A stretch of DNA of 64,000 bases from Sedimentisphaerales bacterium (GCA_963708075.1 OY970194.1:1888001-1952000); one strand, 5' to 3'. Positions 37,771 through 47,582 are shown, counted from the stretch's first letter. Numbers and translations are program-made. The notes: generated by a model from the sequence alone, not told the origin.

Positions 37771-38469
37771 GTGGAAAAGCTGTTCACAACGTTGACGCAC
37801 GCCGTCGAGGGCACGCCGGCAATTGCCCTGACGGCTGCCTTCGTATGGGGCATTCTCAGCATTCTGCTGAGTCCGTGTCACCTGTCCAGCATCCCGCTGA
37901 TTGTCGGATTCATTGACAAACAGGGCCAGATGTCCACGAAGCGGACGTTCGCCATTTCCGCGCTCTTTGCGGGCGGGATCCTGATTACGATTGCGGCCGT
38001 GGGCGCTGTCACGGCCGCCGCCGGCCGGATGATGGGCGATGTCGGACGCTACGGCAATTACTTCGTTGCCGCTATCTTCTTTCTCGTGGGCCTGTACCTG
38101 CTGGACATCATCACTTTGCCCTGGTCAGGTCCGGGCCAGATCGGCATGAAGCGAAAGGGTATGCTGGCCGCGTTCGTCCTCGGCCTGGTCTTCGGTATTG
38201 CCATCGGCCCCTGCACATTCGCCTACATGGCCCCGATGCTCGCTGTCACGTTCCGCGTGGCCTCGACCGCCCTGGCCTACGGGATCGCCCTGCTCGTCGC
38301 CTACGGCGTTGGCCATTGCTCGGTCATTGTCGTCGCCGGCACCAGCACGGGATGGGTGCAACGCTATCTCAACTGGAATGAGAAATCCAAAGGGGCTGTC
38401 ATTCTCAAGAGAATCTGCGGCGTCCTGGTCCTGCTCGCCGGCCTGTATCTGATCTACATCGCGCCTTAA
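37771..38469 (+). CDS. CcdA/DsbD-family transmembrane electron transporter (ArsG-related)
   Basis: GILSILLSPCHL and GPCTFAY Cys motifs, about 6 TM helices. Confidence 0.85.
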   Translation: MEKLFTTLTHAVEGTPAIALTAAFVWGILSILLSPCHLSSIPLIVGFIDKQGQMSTKRTFAISALFAGGILITIAAVGAVTAAAGRMMGDVGRYGNYFVAAIFFLVGLYLLDIITLPWSGPGQIGMKRKGMLAAFVLGLVFGIAIGPCTFAYMAPMLAVTFRVASTALAYGIALLVAYGVGHCSVIVVAGTSTGWVQRYLNWNEKSKGAVILKRICGVLVLLAGLYLIYIAP

Positions 38470-38523
38470 AGGGCCTTTTGCGATAACCCAAGCAATCCAG
38501 ACATCAGCAAAGGACGTTCGAGA

Positions 38524-38819
38524 ATGAATCGAAGGGAATTCCTGACAACCACACTGGCAGCGGGCACAACGGGATCGTCGCCGTCGGTGCCGCCCGCAAC
38601 GGCGGCCAGGAGCTGGCGATTCGATCCGTACAGGCAGCGCTGCTGTGCCAGGAGATGATCATCGTCGGCGACGGTCAGCCCACGGCCCATTTCGGAGCCA
38701 CGCTGGTCAACGATGGCAAGGACAGTATCGCGGGCGACGAAGTCGGCGTTTCCACAGCCAAGAACCTCGGCCGGCACATTGCCGAAGTCGCTCTCAAGCC
38801 GGCGCGGACTGGCGGTTGA
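38524..38819 (+). pseudogene. Tat-signal flavodoxin/iron-sulfur flavoprotein remnant with internal deletion
   Basis: MNRREFLTTTLAAG joined out of frame to AVGAARNGGQE...HFGATL...TAKNLGRHIAE-stop. Confidence 0.7.
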
Positions 38820-38839
38820 CTGTGAATGAATTTTTGCCA

Positions 38840-38887
38840 TTGACATAGGACTCCTGCTTCAGTATAATTCGTCAAATGGCGAAATAT
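38840..38887 (+). promoter_or_regulatory. Consensus sigma70 promoter and ArsR operator-like inverted repeat
   Basis: TTGACA-17 nt-TATAAT, followed by TTCGTCAAATGGCGAA. Confidence 0.8.
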
Positions 38888-38892
38888 AAGGG

Positions 38893-39264
38893 ATGCCTAT
38901 GCGTGAAATTCTCGACGTAACCAAGGCTCTGGCGGATGGAAACCGGCTCCGCGTGCTGATGGCACTGGCGGGCGGCGAGTTGTGCGTCTGTCAGATCGTG
39001 GAGTTGCTGCACTTGGCCCCTTCGACAACATCCAAGCACATGTCTATCCTGCGACAGGCTCGGCTGGTGGAAAGCCGCAAGGACGGCCGCTGGATGTACT
39101 ACCGGCTGCCGGATCGTGATGCCCCGAAGGCGGTCAAAGGCGCCGTGGCATGGGTGCGGCGCCATCTCGCCGAATCGCCCCGGATCGTGCAGGACCGGAA
39201 AGAGCTTAAGAGAATTCTCAGCATGGACCCGGAGGAAATATGCAAGGGACAGTGCAAAAGATGA
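38893..39264 (+). CDS. arsR: ArsR family regulator
   Basis: KALADGNRLRVL...ELCVCQI...STTSKHMSIL. Confidence 0.93.
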   Translation: MPMREILDVTKALADGNRLRVLMALAGGELCVCQIVELLHLAPSTTSKHMSILRQARLVESRKDGRWMYYRLPDRDAPKAVKGAVAWVRRHLAESPRIVQDRKELKRILSMDPEEICKGQCKR

Positions 39265-39692
39265 AGGTGCTGTTCCTGTGCACGGGCAACTCCTGCCGGA
39301 GCCAGATGGCCGAGGGCTGGGCCCGGCAGCTCAAGGGCGACGTGATTGAGCCCTATTCGGCCGGCGTCGAGCCGCACGGCCTCGATCCCAAGGCCGTCCA
39401 GGTCATGGCTGAGGCCGGCGTGGACATTTCACGCCAGCATGCCAAGCACGTTGACGAGGTCATGGACGTTCCATTCGACTATGTCGTGACCGTCTGCGAT
39501 GACGCACACGAGCGATGCCCGTTTTTTCCGGGCAACGCCAGGATTGTGCATGTCAGTTTCGAAGACCCGCCCCAATTGGTCAAAGCGGCAAAAAGTGATG
39601 AAGAGGCCTTGAACGCCTATCGACGCGTCAGAGACGAGATCAAGGCGTTCGTAGAAACCCTGCCGGAGGGGTTGTCGGAGTCGAAGCACTGA
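39261..39692 (+). CDS. arsC: Thioredoxin-dependent arsenate reductase (LMW-PTP fold)
   Basis: FLCTGNSCRSQMAEG, VTVCD...CP, FEDP. Confidence 0.94.
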   Translation: MKVLFLCTGNSCRSQMAEGWARQLKGDVIEPYSAGVEPHGLDPKAVQVMAEAGVDISRQHAKHVDEVMDVPFDYVVTVCDDAHERCPFFPGNARIVHVSFEDPPQLVKAAKSDEEALNAYRRVRDEIKAFVETLPEGLSESKH

Positions 39693-39723
39693 GCTGAGTG
39701 GAAAACAAGCACGAGGATTAGAA

Positions 39724-40719
39724 GTGGAATCATCCATAGGCACCGTCAGTACAATTTGGACTTGGGCGGATCGGCTGGGAGCCGTAGCAGTTCGCTGCAA
39801 CATTGGCCGGATGCACTACAGCATTGCGCCGGGTCTGTATGCTGTGAACGAACCGGGGCCGGATGCTCCCGTGTTTGTTTCGGCAAACTACAAGCTCTCG
39901 TTTGGCCATCTCCGCCGTGCCCTCAACGGCATTTCCGGATGGATACTCGTGCTCGACACCAAGGGGATCAATGTCTGGTGCGCCGCTGGCAAGGGGACCT
40001 TTGGCACGGTCGAGCTGGTGCAGCGAATTGGGGCCGTGAACCTGGCCAAACGGGTCTCTCATCGAACTGTCATTGTCCCTCAGTTGGGTGCTCCTGGGGT
40101 GGCAGCGCACGAGGTGCACAGGCAGACCGGCTTTCGGGTGGTGTATGGTCCTGTTCGGGCTAAGGACATTCCGGGATTCCTGCGTGGTGGGATGAAAGCG
40201 GATGCCGACATGCGGAGGGTGCAGTTCCGGCTCGCTGACCGCCTCGCGGTCGCCCCCGTGGAATTGATCCTCTCAGCCAAGCATGCGTCGATCGTGGCGG
40301 CCGCTTTCGCAGTTTTGGCCGGGTGGCGCGGCGGCGGCTGGGCCTGGGAGACCTTCCAAACACAAGGAGCGGTCGCAGCCGCATCGGTCCTGGGAGGATA
40401 TATCTTCGCCGGAATCGCTGTTCCCGGCTTGCTGCCCTGGCTCCCCGGGCGGGCTTTCAGCATCAAAGGGGCGTTTGGGGGCCTGCTGGCGTGGCTATTG
40501 CTCTGGGCACTGGGACCGTACACGCAGGCTATTGATCTGGCGGCCTGGCTGATCCTGCTGTGTACGATGGCGTCTTTCATGGGATTGAATTTCACCGGTG
40601 CCTCGACCTATACGTCGCTATCCGGCGTCAAGAAAGAGACGCGTATCGCCATCCCGATAATGGTCGTCGGCCTGTTGGCCGCTCTGGGTCTGTGGATACG
40701 GGCGTGTGGCATCCTTTGA
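39724..40719 (+). CDS. hgcA: Mercury methylation corrinoid protein HgcA
   Basis: Cap-helix motif GINVWCAAGKGTFG, SANYKLSF, PQLGAPGV, YGPVRA, TM tail with NFTGASTYTSLSGVKKE. Confidence 0.95.
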   Translation: MESSIGTVSTIWTWADRLGAVAVRCNIGRMHYSIAPGLYAVNEPGPDAPVFVSANYKLSFGHLRRALNGISGWILVLDTKGINVWCAAGKGTFGTVELVQRIGAVNLAKRVSHRTVIVPQLGAPGVAAHEVHRQTGFRVVYGPVRAKDIPGFLRGGMKADADMRRVQFRLADRLAVAPVELILSAKHASIVAAAFAVLAGWRGGGWAWETFQTQGAVAAASVLGGYIFAGIAVPGLLPWLPGRAFSIKGAFGGLLAWLLLWALGPYTQAIDLAAWLILLCTMASFMGLNFTGASTYTSLSGVKKETRIAIPIMVVGLLAALGLWIRACGIL

Positions 40720-40729
40720 GAGGTGGAAC

Positions 40730-41029
40730 ATGAGCATGTACTTGAAGAATGTGGTGACTCTTGGGCTTGACGCGGACAAATGCATCGGCTGCGGCATGTG
40801 CGCCCAGGTATGCCCGCACGCTGTCTTTGCCATCCATGAGGGCAAGGCCCGGATTGGAGATCGGGATGCCTGTATGGAGTGCGGGGCCTGCGCCAAGAAT
40901 TGCCCGGTCGGAGCCATCTCCGTCCAAGCCGGCGTTGGCTGCGCCCAGGCCGTTCTTCATAGCTGGACCAAAAGCAAGGATGGCTGTTGCTGCGAGGGTG
41001 CTTCCTGCTGTGGACGGTCCGAGTCATAA
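40730..41029 (+). CDS. hgcB: Mercury methylation ferredoxin HgcB
   Basis: CIGCGMC...CP and CMECGAC...CP, GVGCA, Cys-rich tail GCCC...SCC; directly after hgcA. Confidence 0.95.
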   Translation: MSMYLKNVVTLGLDADKCIGCGMCAQVCPHAVFAIHEGKARIGDRDACMECGACAKNCPVGAISVQAGVGCAQAVLHSWTKSKDGCCCEGASCCGRSES

Positions 41030-41087
41030 ACGAGTTAGTAAGGGAACAACACGCGTCGAAGGTGTGAAAGCGTGCCAGGAGCAGAAA

Positions 41088-41369
41088 ATGGATGATAAGA
41101 CCAGAGAATTGATCGCCATCGGAGCGTCCATCACAGCCCATTGCCAGCCCTGTCTGACCTATCACCTGGGTAAGGCTAGGGAGCTGGGGATAGACGAACA
41201 GGAGATCCGGGAGGCCGTCGCCGTTGGCCAGAAGGTTGAGAAAGGATCCATGTCCGCGATGCGGGATTTCACACAACAGTCCCTCGATTCGCTGGCGCAG
41301 GACCCTCAGAATAATTCCGCGCCTTGTACCGGCAAGACACAGCCGAATGGAAAGAGTTGTTGTTCGTGA
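41088..41369 (+). CDS. Carboxymuconolactone decarboxylase/AhpD-like protein
   Basis: ELIAIGASITAHCQPCLTYH; CC tail. Confidence 0.85.
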   Translation: MDDKTRELIAIGASITAHCQPCLTYHLGKARELGIDEQEIREAVAVGQKVEKGSMSAMRDFTQQSLDSLAQDPQNNSAPCTGKTQPNGKSCCS

Positions 41370-41396
41370 AAACCAATATTGAGGAAGGAGTGACCA

Positions 41397-42086
41397 ATGA
41401 ATCTGCCGAACGAAGAACCGAAGCAGACTGGCAACATGGAACGACTGAGACAACAGGCCTCGGATTGTGCACCGGGCTGCGCCTGTCACGGCACTGGATC
41501 ATCGGGACGATTGCGGTGGGTCCTGGGAGTGATCGTGCTGCTCGTCGCCGGCACGCTGGTGGCACGGGCCGTGATCAGAAGCCAAGGATCGTCAACAGAG
41601 CCGGCCTCGCCTGCTTTTGCGCCCCTTGCCCAGGCGACGGCGTCCGAGAACCCGTCTCCTGCAACCCCGCCCGCCACTACCGAGGCGACGGAAGCAGGCA
41701 CGACCAGGAGCATCGCCTCGCTTTCCGAGTTGAACATGCTGGCGGTCGCGAACGATGCTGTCTTTGTATACATCCCTGGCAAAGGCGGGTCACCCAGTGA
41801 TCCCCCCACAGCGGCGATGAAGAGCGCGGCGAGCCGAATCACGTCTCAGGGATACAAGATCGCCCTGTTCACTCTGCAAGCAGGCTCGCGTGACCACGAA
41901 CAACTCGCGGCACAGATGTCCGTGCCGGGGGTTCTCGCGGCAGTCAAAGGACGCGGAATGAGCGCCGTCTCCGGCGAGATCACGGAAACCAAGCTCATCC
42001 AGGGTTTTGTCGGCGCCGCGAACGCGGGCGGCTGCGGACCGGCGGGCTGTGGTCCGGCGGGCTGTCCACCAACGGGAAGCAAGTAA
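41397..42086 (+). CDS. Hypothetical membrane-anchored protein with Cys-rich termini
   Basis: CAPGCAC, one TM helix, C-terminal GCGPAGCGPAGC; RBS GGAG. Confidence 0.7.
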   Translation: MNLPNEEPKQTGNMERLRQQASDCAPGCACHGTGSSGRLRWVLGVIVLLVAGTLVARAVIRSQGSSTEPASPAFAPLAQATASENPSPATPPATTEATEAGTTRSIASLSELNMLAVANDAVFVYIPGKGGSPSDPPTAAMKSAASRITSQGYKIALFTLQAGSRDHEQLAAQMSVPGVLAAVKGRGMSAVSGEITETKLIQGFVGAANAGGCGPAGCGPAGCPPTGSK

Positions 42087-42087
42087 C

Positions 42088-42788
42088 ATGCTCAAGGCAA
42101 TTACGGACGCACTTCAAGCCGCCAGTATGGGGCCGGCAGCGTTGCCGCTGGCTTTTCTCCTGGGATTGGTCAGCGCGGTCGCCAGTGCCTGCTGCACTTT
42201 GCCGGCGATGGGCATGCTCGTAGCCTACTCGGGCACGCGGGAAAACACCAACCGGCGAATGGCATTCACGTCGGCGATCTGGTTCCTGATCGGAACCACA
42301 GTGGCGCTGATCGTACTGGGGCTTGTCGCCGGTTTCGTCGGCCAGACGGCACAGGCGTTTCTTGGACGATACTGGAAGATATTCGCGGGAGCCGTCGCAG
42401 TCCTTCTGGGGCTGGCGACTCTCAAGTTGCTTCCCATCCGTCTGCCGAAACGCATTCAGAAGAATGGTAACCCCTCCGCGTACGGCGCAAAATGGGCGCA
42501 GCGCTCGGAGGGTTGTTTCTTGGCGGCGGCGTGGCAGCGTGCTCGCTGCCCTGCAATCCGGGGATCTTCATTGTGCTCGGCGCCAGTGTGTTGCTGGGCC
42601 GGGTCATGTGGGGCATGGTGCTCATGGCGGCGTTTGCCGTCGGTTTCAGCCTGCCGCTCAGTGCCATTCTCTTCGGCGTCTCATTTGGCAAGGCATCCAT
42701 CAAGATGCAGAAGGTTGACGCGGTGATCCGAACTGTCGCCGGTGTCCTGCTGGCTGGCGCGGGCCTGTATTTGTTGGCGTCATTTTGA
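42088..42788 (+). pseudogene. Second CcdA-like membrane protein, frameshifted in an A-run near 42490
   Basis: SACCTLP in one frame and CSLPCNP in the next; one extra A restores the ORF. Confidence 0.75.
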
Positions 42789-42807
42789 CAAAAAAGGAAC
42801 ATGGAAG

Positions 42808-43137
42808 ATGACAAAACTGGTGGAAGTGTTCGATCCGCCCATGTGCTGCTCCAGTGGCGTGTGCGGCCCGAAGGTGGATAAGAGACTCGTACAGTTCAGC
42901 GCCGCACTGGAGTGGCTGCGCGGTCAGGGCGTTCAGGTGCAGCGATACAACCCGACCCAGCAATATGAAGCATTTGTCAATAACGCCACAGTCGTCAACA
43001 CGATCAACACACACGGCACGGAATGCCTTCCCCTGATCCTGGTGGATGGACAGATCGTCAGCTATGGCGGCTATCCCAGCAAAGAGGACCTCGCCGTGAT
43101 GGCCGGCGTTGAAAGTCAGAGGAAGGCGGAAGCGTGA
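42808..43137 (+). CDS. arsD: Arsenite metallochaperone ArsD
   Basis: FDPPMCCSSGVCGP, LPLILVDG...YPS. Confidence 0.95.
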   Translation: MTKLVEVFDPPMCCSSGVCGPKVDKRLVQFSAALEWLRGQGVQVQRYNPTQQYEAFVNNATVVNTINTHGTECLPLILVDGQIVSYGGYPSKEDLAVMAGVESQRKAEA

Positions 43138-44966
43138 CAAGACAGACCAACCATTTTGAGGCGTTTGTACGCGCTGCCCCCCGCTTTCTGTTCTTCACCG
43201 GCAAAGGCGGCGTCGGCAAGACCACTCTATCCTGTGCCACGGCCGTGGCCCTGGCGGACAGTGGACGCCGCGTGCTGCTGATCAGCACGGACCCCGCGTC
43301 GAACCTGAACGAAGTACTGGGTGCAGAACTGTCCTCAAAACCCGTTCGGTTGGAATCGGTGCATGGGCTGTGGGCCTTGAACATAGACCCCCAGACAGCG
43401 GCCCGCGAGTACCGCGAACGCATGGTCGCTCCCTATCGCGGCGTGCTGCCGCCTGCGGCGGTCGCCGGGATTGAAGAGCAATTGTCCGGCGCCTGCACGA
43501 CCGAGATCGCCGCGTTCAACGAGTTCTCTCGTTTCATTGGCCAGCCGCAGGCCACAGCGAACTATGACCACGTCGTATTCGACACGGCGCCAACCGGTCA
43601 TACCCTTCGTCTGCTCCAACTGCCGGCGGCATGGAACCAGTACCTCGACACCAACACGAGTGGGACCTCCTGCCTGGGACCGCTTTCGGGTCTTCGCGAG
43701 CAGCATGCCCTCTACGCCAGGGCGCTGCAATGCCTGTCCGATTCGGCGAAAACTCAGGTGGCATTAGTCAGTCGCCCCGAGCGTTCCGCGCTGGCCGAAG
43801 CGGAGCGTACGCGATCCGAGCTGGGCGCGCTGGGTCTGAGTAACATTCGGCTCTTACTGAATGGACTATTCGATAACAGTGACAGCGACCCAGTTGCCCT
43901 GGCTATGGCCTCACGCCAGCGACAAGCCCTATCCGGTATGCCAGAGGGCCTGCGGCCACTCGCGCGCACGGAGGTTCCCCTGCTGCCATTCAATGTGACT
44001 GGACTTTCCGCCGTCCGGGCTGTGACCGATCCCGCGTGTTCGGCCGTCGCAGAGGCAAGGGGAAAAGAAACCCGGTCTTTCGCCGGTTGGCCATCGCTAT
44101 CCGCACTGGTCCGTGAGATCGAGGCCGATGGTCACGGCGTCATCCTCGCGATGGGTAAAGGGGGCGTCGGCAAGACAACTATAGCATCGGCCATCGCGGT
44201 CGAACTGGCCTCTCGTGGTCATCGTGTGCATCTGACCACCACCGATCCCGCGGCCCACATCGAACATGCGCTTGGAGAATCCGTGGCGAATCTGGAGACC
44301 AGCAGGATCGATCCGAGAGTTGAGATCGCCGCCTACACCCAGGAAGTCATGGCGTCTACGAGCGCGGACCTCGATGAGGAGGGCCGCAGGCTGCTGGAGG
44401 AGGACCTGCGATCCCCCTGCACCGAGGAGATTGCGGTATTCAGGGCCTTTGCCGCCAAGGTGGACAAGGGCCGGGATGGTTTCGTCGTTCTGGATACCGC
44501 CCCGACCGGGCATACGCTTTTGCTTCTCGATGCCACGGAGGCTTACCACCGCGAGGTGTCACGCACGCAAAGTGATCTGCCCGAGGCGGTCCGGCATCTG
44601 CTGCCGCGTCTGCGAGATCCTGTCTTCAGCAAGGTGATCCTCGTGACCCTGCCGGAGGCGACGCCCGTTCATGAGGCTGCGCAACTGCAGGAAGATCTCC
44701 AGCGTGCAGGGATACGCCCCTTCGCCTGGATCATCAATCAGAGCCTCAGTCCACTTGCCCTGGCCCACCCCCTGCTCAAGGCCAGACGAGCCAATGAGCA
44801 GCGGTTCATTGAAGAGGTCCGGCAGCACACGGACCGCCTGGCGGTCGTGCCCTGGCTGTCCCGAGAGCCAACAGGGGTAGAGGGATTGCGGCGATTGACC
44901 AGTGACTTGCGTGAACTGGATCCTTCCAGACAGACAAGACAGGAGATGCCCCGTGCCAGGATATGA
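43134..44966 (+). CDS. arsA: Arsenical pump-driving ATPase
   Basis: Two GKGGVGKT P-loops, two DTAPTGHT motifs, Cys in GACTTE, SCLGP, SPCTEE. Confidence 0.96.
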   Translation: MTRQTNHFEAFVRAAPRFLFFTGKGGVGKTTLSCATAVALADSGRRVLLISTDPASNLNEVLGAELSSKPVRLESVHGLWALNIDPQTAAREYRERMVAPYRGVLPPAAVAGIEEQLSGACTTEIAAFNEFSRFIGQPQATANYDHVVFDTAPTGHTLRLLQLPAAWNQYLDTNTSGTSCLGPLSGLREQHALYARALQCLSDSAKTQVALVSRPERSALAEAERTRSELGALGLSNIRLLLNGLFDNSDSDPVALAMASRQRQALSGMPEGLRPLARTEVPLLPFNVTGLSAVRAVTDPACSAVAEARGKETRSFAGWPSLSALVREIEADGHGVILAMGKGGVGKTTIASAIAVELASRGHRVHLTTTDPAAHIEHALGESVANLETSRIDPRVEIAAYTQEVMASTSADLDEEGRRLLEEDLRSPCTEEIAVFRAFAAKVDKGRDGFVVLDTAPTGHTLLLLDATEAYHREVSRTQSDLPEAVRHLLPRLRDPVFSKVILVTLPEATPVHEAAQLQEDLQRAGIRPFAWIINQSLSPLALAHPLLKARRANEQRFIEEVRQHTDRLAVVPWLSREPTGVEGLRRLTSDLRELDPSRQTRQEMPRARI

Positions 44967-45165
44967 CTTCGAATGTCAGGCTTGCCACAAATCATTTGAG
45001 ATTCAGGTGACATTTGCCGAGTACTCGGCCCAGATGAGTGAACACAAGATCGCGTGCCCCACGTGCGGATCGAACAAGGTGGTGCGTGTGTTCAGCCCGC
45101 CGAGCATCCGCTCCAGTTCCTCTCCCCGGTCCGGCGGTTGTTGCCCGGGCGGCAGTTGCGGATGA
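44953..45165 (+). CDS. FmdB-family zinc ribbon protein
   Basis: PGYDFECQAC...CPTCGS; GCCPGGSC tail. Confidence 0.85.
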   Translation: MPGYDFECQACHKSFEIQVTFAEYSAQMSEHKIACPTCGSNKVVRVFSPPSIRSSSSPRSGGCCPGGSCG

Positions 45166-45334
45166 ATGAGCCGTCATGTGCACAGGGGACTCCTGGCGGA
45201 GCCAAAAACCGGGCATGGTGCTGCAAGAGCGATTGCAGGGAAAACTTATCCGCCGTATTGGGCGTATGTAAGATGACTACAGGTGTTTCCTTCCTCTGGA
45301 CGTTCCGCGAAGTTTTTGTGACGGGAGTTTGTGT

Positions 45335-46468
45335 ATGAGCGATGGAATCGCAAAGAGACTTTCATTTCTGGACCGCTTTCTGACGTTGTGGATTTTCCTG
45401 GCGATGGCCATTGGAGTGGCGCTGGGGTATTTTGCGCCGGGCGTTGGCAACTGGATCGGCTCGCTGCGGCCGGAAGGGACGCAGACCAGTATCCCCATCG
45501 CCATTGGGCTGATCCTGATGATGTATCCGCCTTTGGCCAAGGTCAAGTACGAGGAATTGGGCGACGTCTTTCGTAACTGGCGTGTGCTGGGCTTGAGTCT
45601 GGTGCAGAACTGGATCGTCGGCCCGATACTGATGTTTGCCCTGGCCGTGCTGTTCCTGCGCGGCCGGCCGGAGTTCATGATCGGCCTGATCATGATCGGC
45701 CTGGCCCGCTGTATCGCCATGGTCATCGTCTGGAACGATCTGGCCAAGGGAGACACAGAATACGCGGCCGGTCTGGTTGCCTTCAACTCCATCTTCCAGG
45801 TGCTCTTCTACAGCATTTATGCCTGGGTATTCATCACGGTGTTACCGCCGATGCTCGGTCTGTCGGGAGCGGTGGTTAGTATCACCGTCGGCCAGATCGC
45901 CCAGAGCGTCTTCATCTATCTGGGCATCCCGTTCCTCGCCGGAATGATCACTCGCTTCGTACTGGTCAAGGCCAAGGGCAAAGAGTGGTATCACGGCCGC
46001 TTCATTCCCAAGATCAGTCCGATCACGCTCATCGCGCTACTGTTCACCATTGTGGTCATGTTCTCCATGCAGGGCCAGAAGATCATCGACAAGCCGGGGG
46101 ATGTGGTGCTGATCGCCATTCCTCTGCTGATCTACTTCGTGGTCATGTTCCTGGCAAGCTTCTGGATGAGCAAGAAGGCCGGGGCCAACTACGCCAAATC
46201 GGCCACGCTGTCCTTCACCGCCGCCAGCAACAATTTCGAGTTGGCCATCGCGGTCGCGGTGGGCGTGTTCGGTATCAACCATGGTGCGGCGTTTGCCGCC
46301 GTCATCGGTCCGCTGGTCGAAGTGCCTGCACTTATCGGACTGGTGAATGTGAGCCTGTGGCTCAAGGGCAAATGGTTCGCAACCGACCCGGCCGAGTTGG
46401 AGAAGGTCGGCGGCTGCACCACCGGCCGGCCCGCGACGGTAACATCTGCTGAGATTCCTGAATCATAG
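45335..46468 (+). CDS. acr3: ACR3 family arsenite efflux transporter
   Basis: [46 protein letters not shown]. Confidence 0.96.
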   Translation: MSDGIAKRLSFLDRFLTLWIFLAMAIGVALGYFAPGVGNWIGSLRPEGTQTSIPIAIGLILMMYPPLAKVKYEELGDVFRNWRVLGLSLVQNWIVGPILMFALAVLFLRGRPEFMIGLIMIGLARCIAMVIVWNDLAKGDTEYAAGLVAFNSIFQVLFYSIYAWVFITVLPPMLGLSGAVVSITVGQIAQSVFIYLGIPFLAGMITRFVLVKAKGKEWYHGRFIPKISPITLIALLFTIVVMFSMQGQKIIDKPGDVVLIAIPLLIYFVVMFLASFWMSKKAGANYAKSATLSFTAASNNFELAIAVAVGVFGINHGAAFAAVIGPLVEVPALIGLVNVSLWLKGKWFATDPAELEKVGGCTTGRPATVTSAEIPES

Positions 46469-46505
46469 GTGCTTCTGGGCGCCTTTTAGCAAGGGGGGTA
46501 TAGTC

Positions 46506-47378
46506 ATGTTTGAGACCATCGTGGTAGCCACCGACTTGTCGGAAGCATCCGACATGGTGATCACCTGCCTGCGCGGGCTGCATGATCTTGGGACACGGAA
46601 GGTGGTGCTTGCCCATGCCCTTGGGGTTAGGTACGAGGAGGAGATCGCACGCTTGCTCTCCCAGATGGCCGAGCCCAAACTGACCAACCAACGGGCGGCT
46701 CTTGAGGCGCAAGGGTTTCAGGTCGCCGTAGAGGTGGGTCCTGGCACGGCAATGGTAGAGGTCAATCGGATTGCTGAGAAGCACCGGGCCTCCCTTATCG
46801 TGGTGGGGTCCCTGGGAGCGACCTGTACCCGTGAAGCTCTATTGGGCGGGACCGCTCTGGCGATCCTTCATCGGGCTCAGATCCCTGTCCTGGTCGTGCG
46901 GGTACGAGTGGCCGAGCCGGGTGCGAGCGAAAAATGCCGAGTGATCTGCGAAGACTTCACCAAGCATGTCCTTTTCCCGACGGACTTCTCTGACAATGCC
47001 GAGAAAGCCTTCGAGCAGGTCAGGCAACTGGCGGCGAATGGCGTGCGTCGGGTGACCCTCCTGCATGTCCAGGATAAGATCAAGATTGATCCGCATCTCA
47101 AGGAGCGGCTGGGAGAGTTCAACCGGATCGATCAGGAGCGTCTCGAGCGTCTGAAGGACGAATTGACGCGGCAAGGTGCGACAGATGTGGACATAAAGAT
47201 CCCCTACGAATCGCCCACTCAGGAGATACTGAGATTGGCTTCCCAGGACAAGGATACGCTGATTGTGATGGGAGGCCAGGGGCGAGGCTTCATCCGGGAA
47301 GTGTTTCTGGGAAGCGTCAGTCACAATGTCGCTCGTTACGCTACGGCACCTGTCCTGATCGTCCCGCCCATAAGATGA
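46506..47378 (+). CDS. Tandem-domain universal stress protein
   Basis: VATDLSEAS and FPTDFSDNA; LGSVSHNV. Confidence 0.92.
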   Translation: MFETIVVATDLSEASDMVITCLRGLHDLGTRKVVLAHALGVRYEEEIARLLSQMAEPKLTNQRAALEAQGFQVAVEVGPGTAMVEVNRIAEKHRASLIVVGSLGATCTREALLGGTALAILHRAQIPVLVVRVRVAEPGASEKCRVICEDFTKHVLFPTDFSDNAEKAFEQVRQLAANGVRRVTLLHVQDKIKIDPHLKERLGEFNRIDQERLERLKDELTRQGATDVDIKIPYESPTQEILRLASQDKDTLIVMGGQGRGFIREVFLGSVSHNVARYATAPVLIVPPIR

Positions 47379-47582
47379 AGCCACCTCGCTGGATATGATC
47401 GCACATTTGCGGCTGTGACCGGTCTGCTCGTGCCTGCGCGAGGTCAATAGGAGTTGGTTGTGCACGGCGAAATCTGCTATAATGGGAATGTATGGCAAGA
47501 GTGAACAGCAGATCATGCCGGTTCGCGGCTCGTGTTCCAACCCACGATTGGATACAGGTGGTTTCTCGATGCGGAGGTGATT

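Larger units (their letters stand above)
30695..47378. mobile_element. Putative decayed tRNA-Asp-linked genomic island with arsenic-resistance and hgcAB cargo (right border uncertain)
   Basis: tRNA, integrase relic, AlpA relic and a block of resistance genes; no att direct repeat seen. Confidence 0.55.

Noticed and set aside
39724..40719. CdhE/AcsC corrinoid Fe-S protein instead of HgcA
   Set aside because: The NVWCAAGK motif, TM tail and adjacent CMECGAC ferredoxin are diagnostic of hgcAB.
39610..41029. Selenocysteine-containing extensions of HgcA or HgcB
   Set aside because: No in-frame Cys-TGA motif upstream of the hgcA start, and hgcB ends in TAA after ordinary Cys codons.
47379..47582. 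attR copy of the tRNA-Asp 3' end
   Set aside because: No convincing match found by eye.
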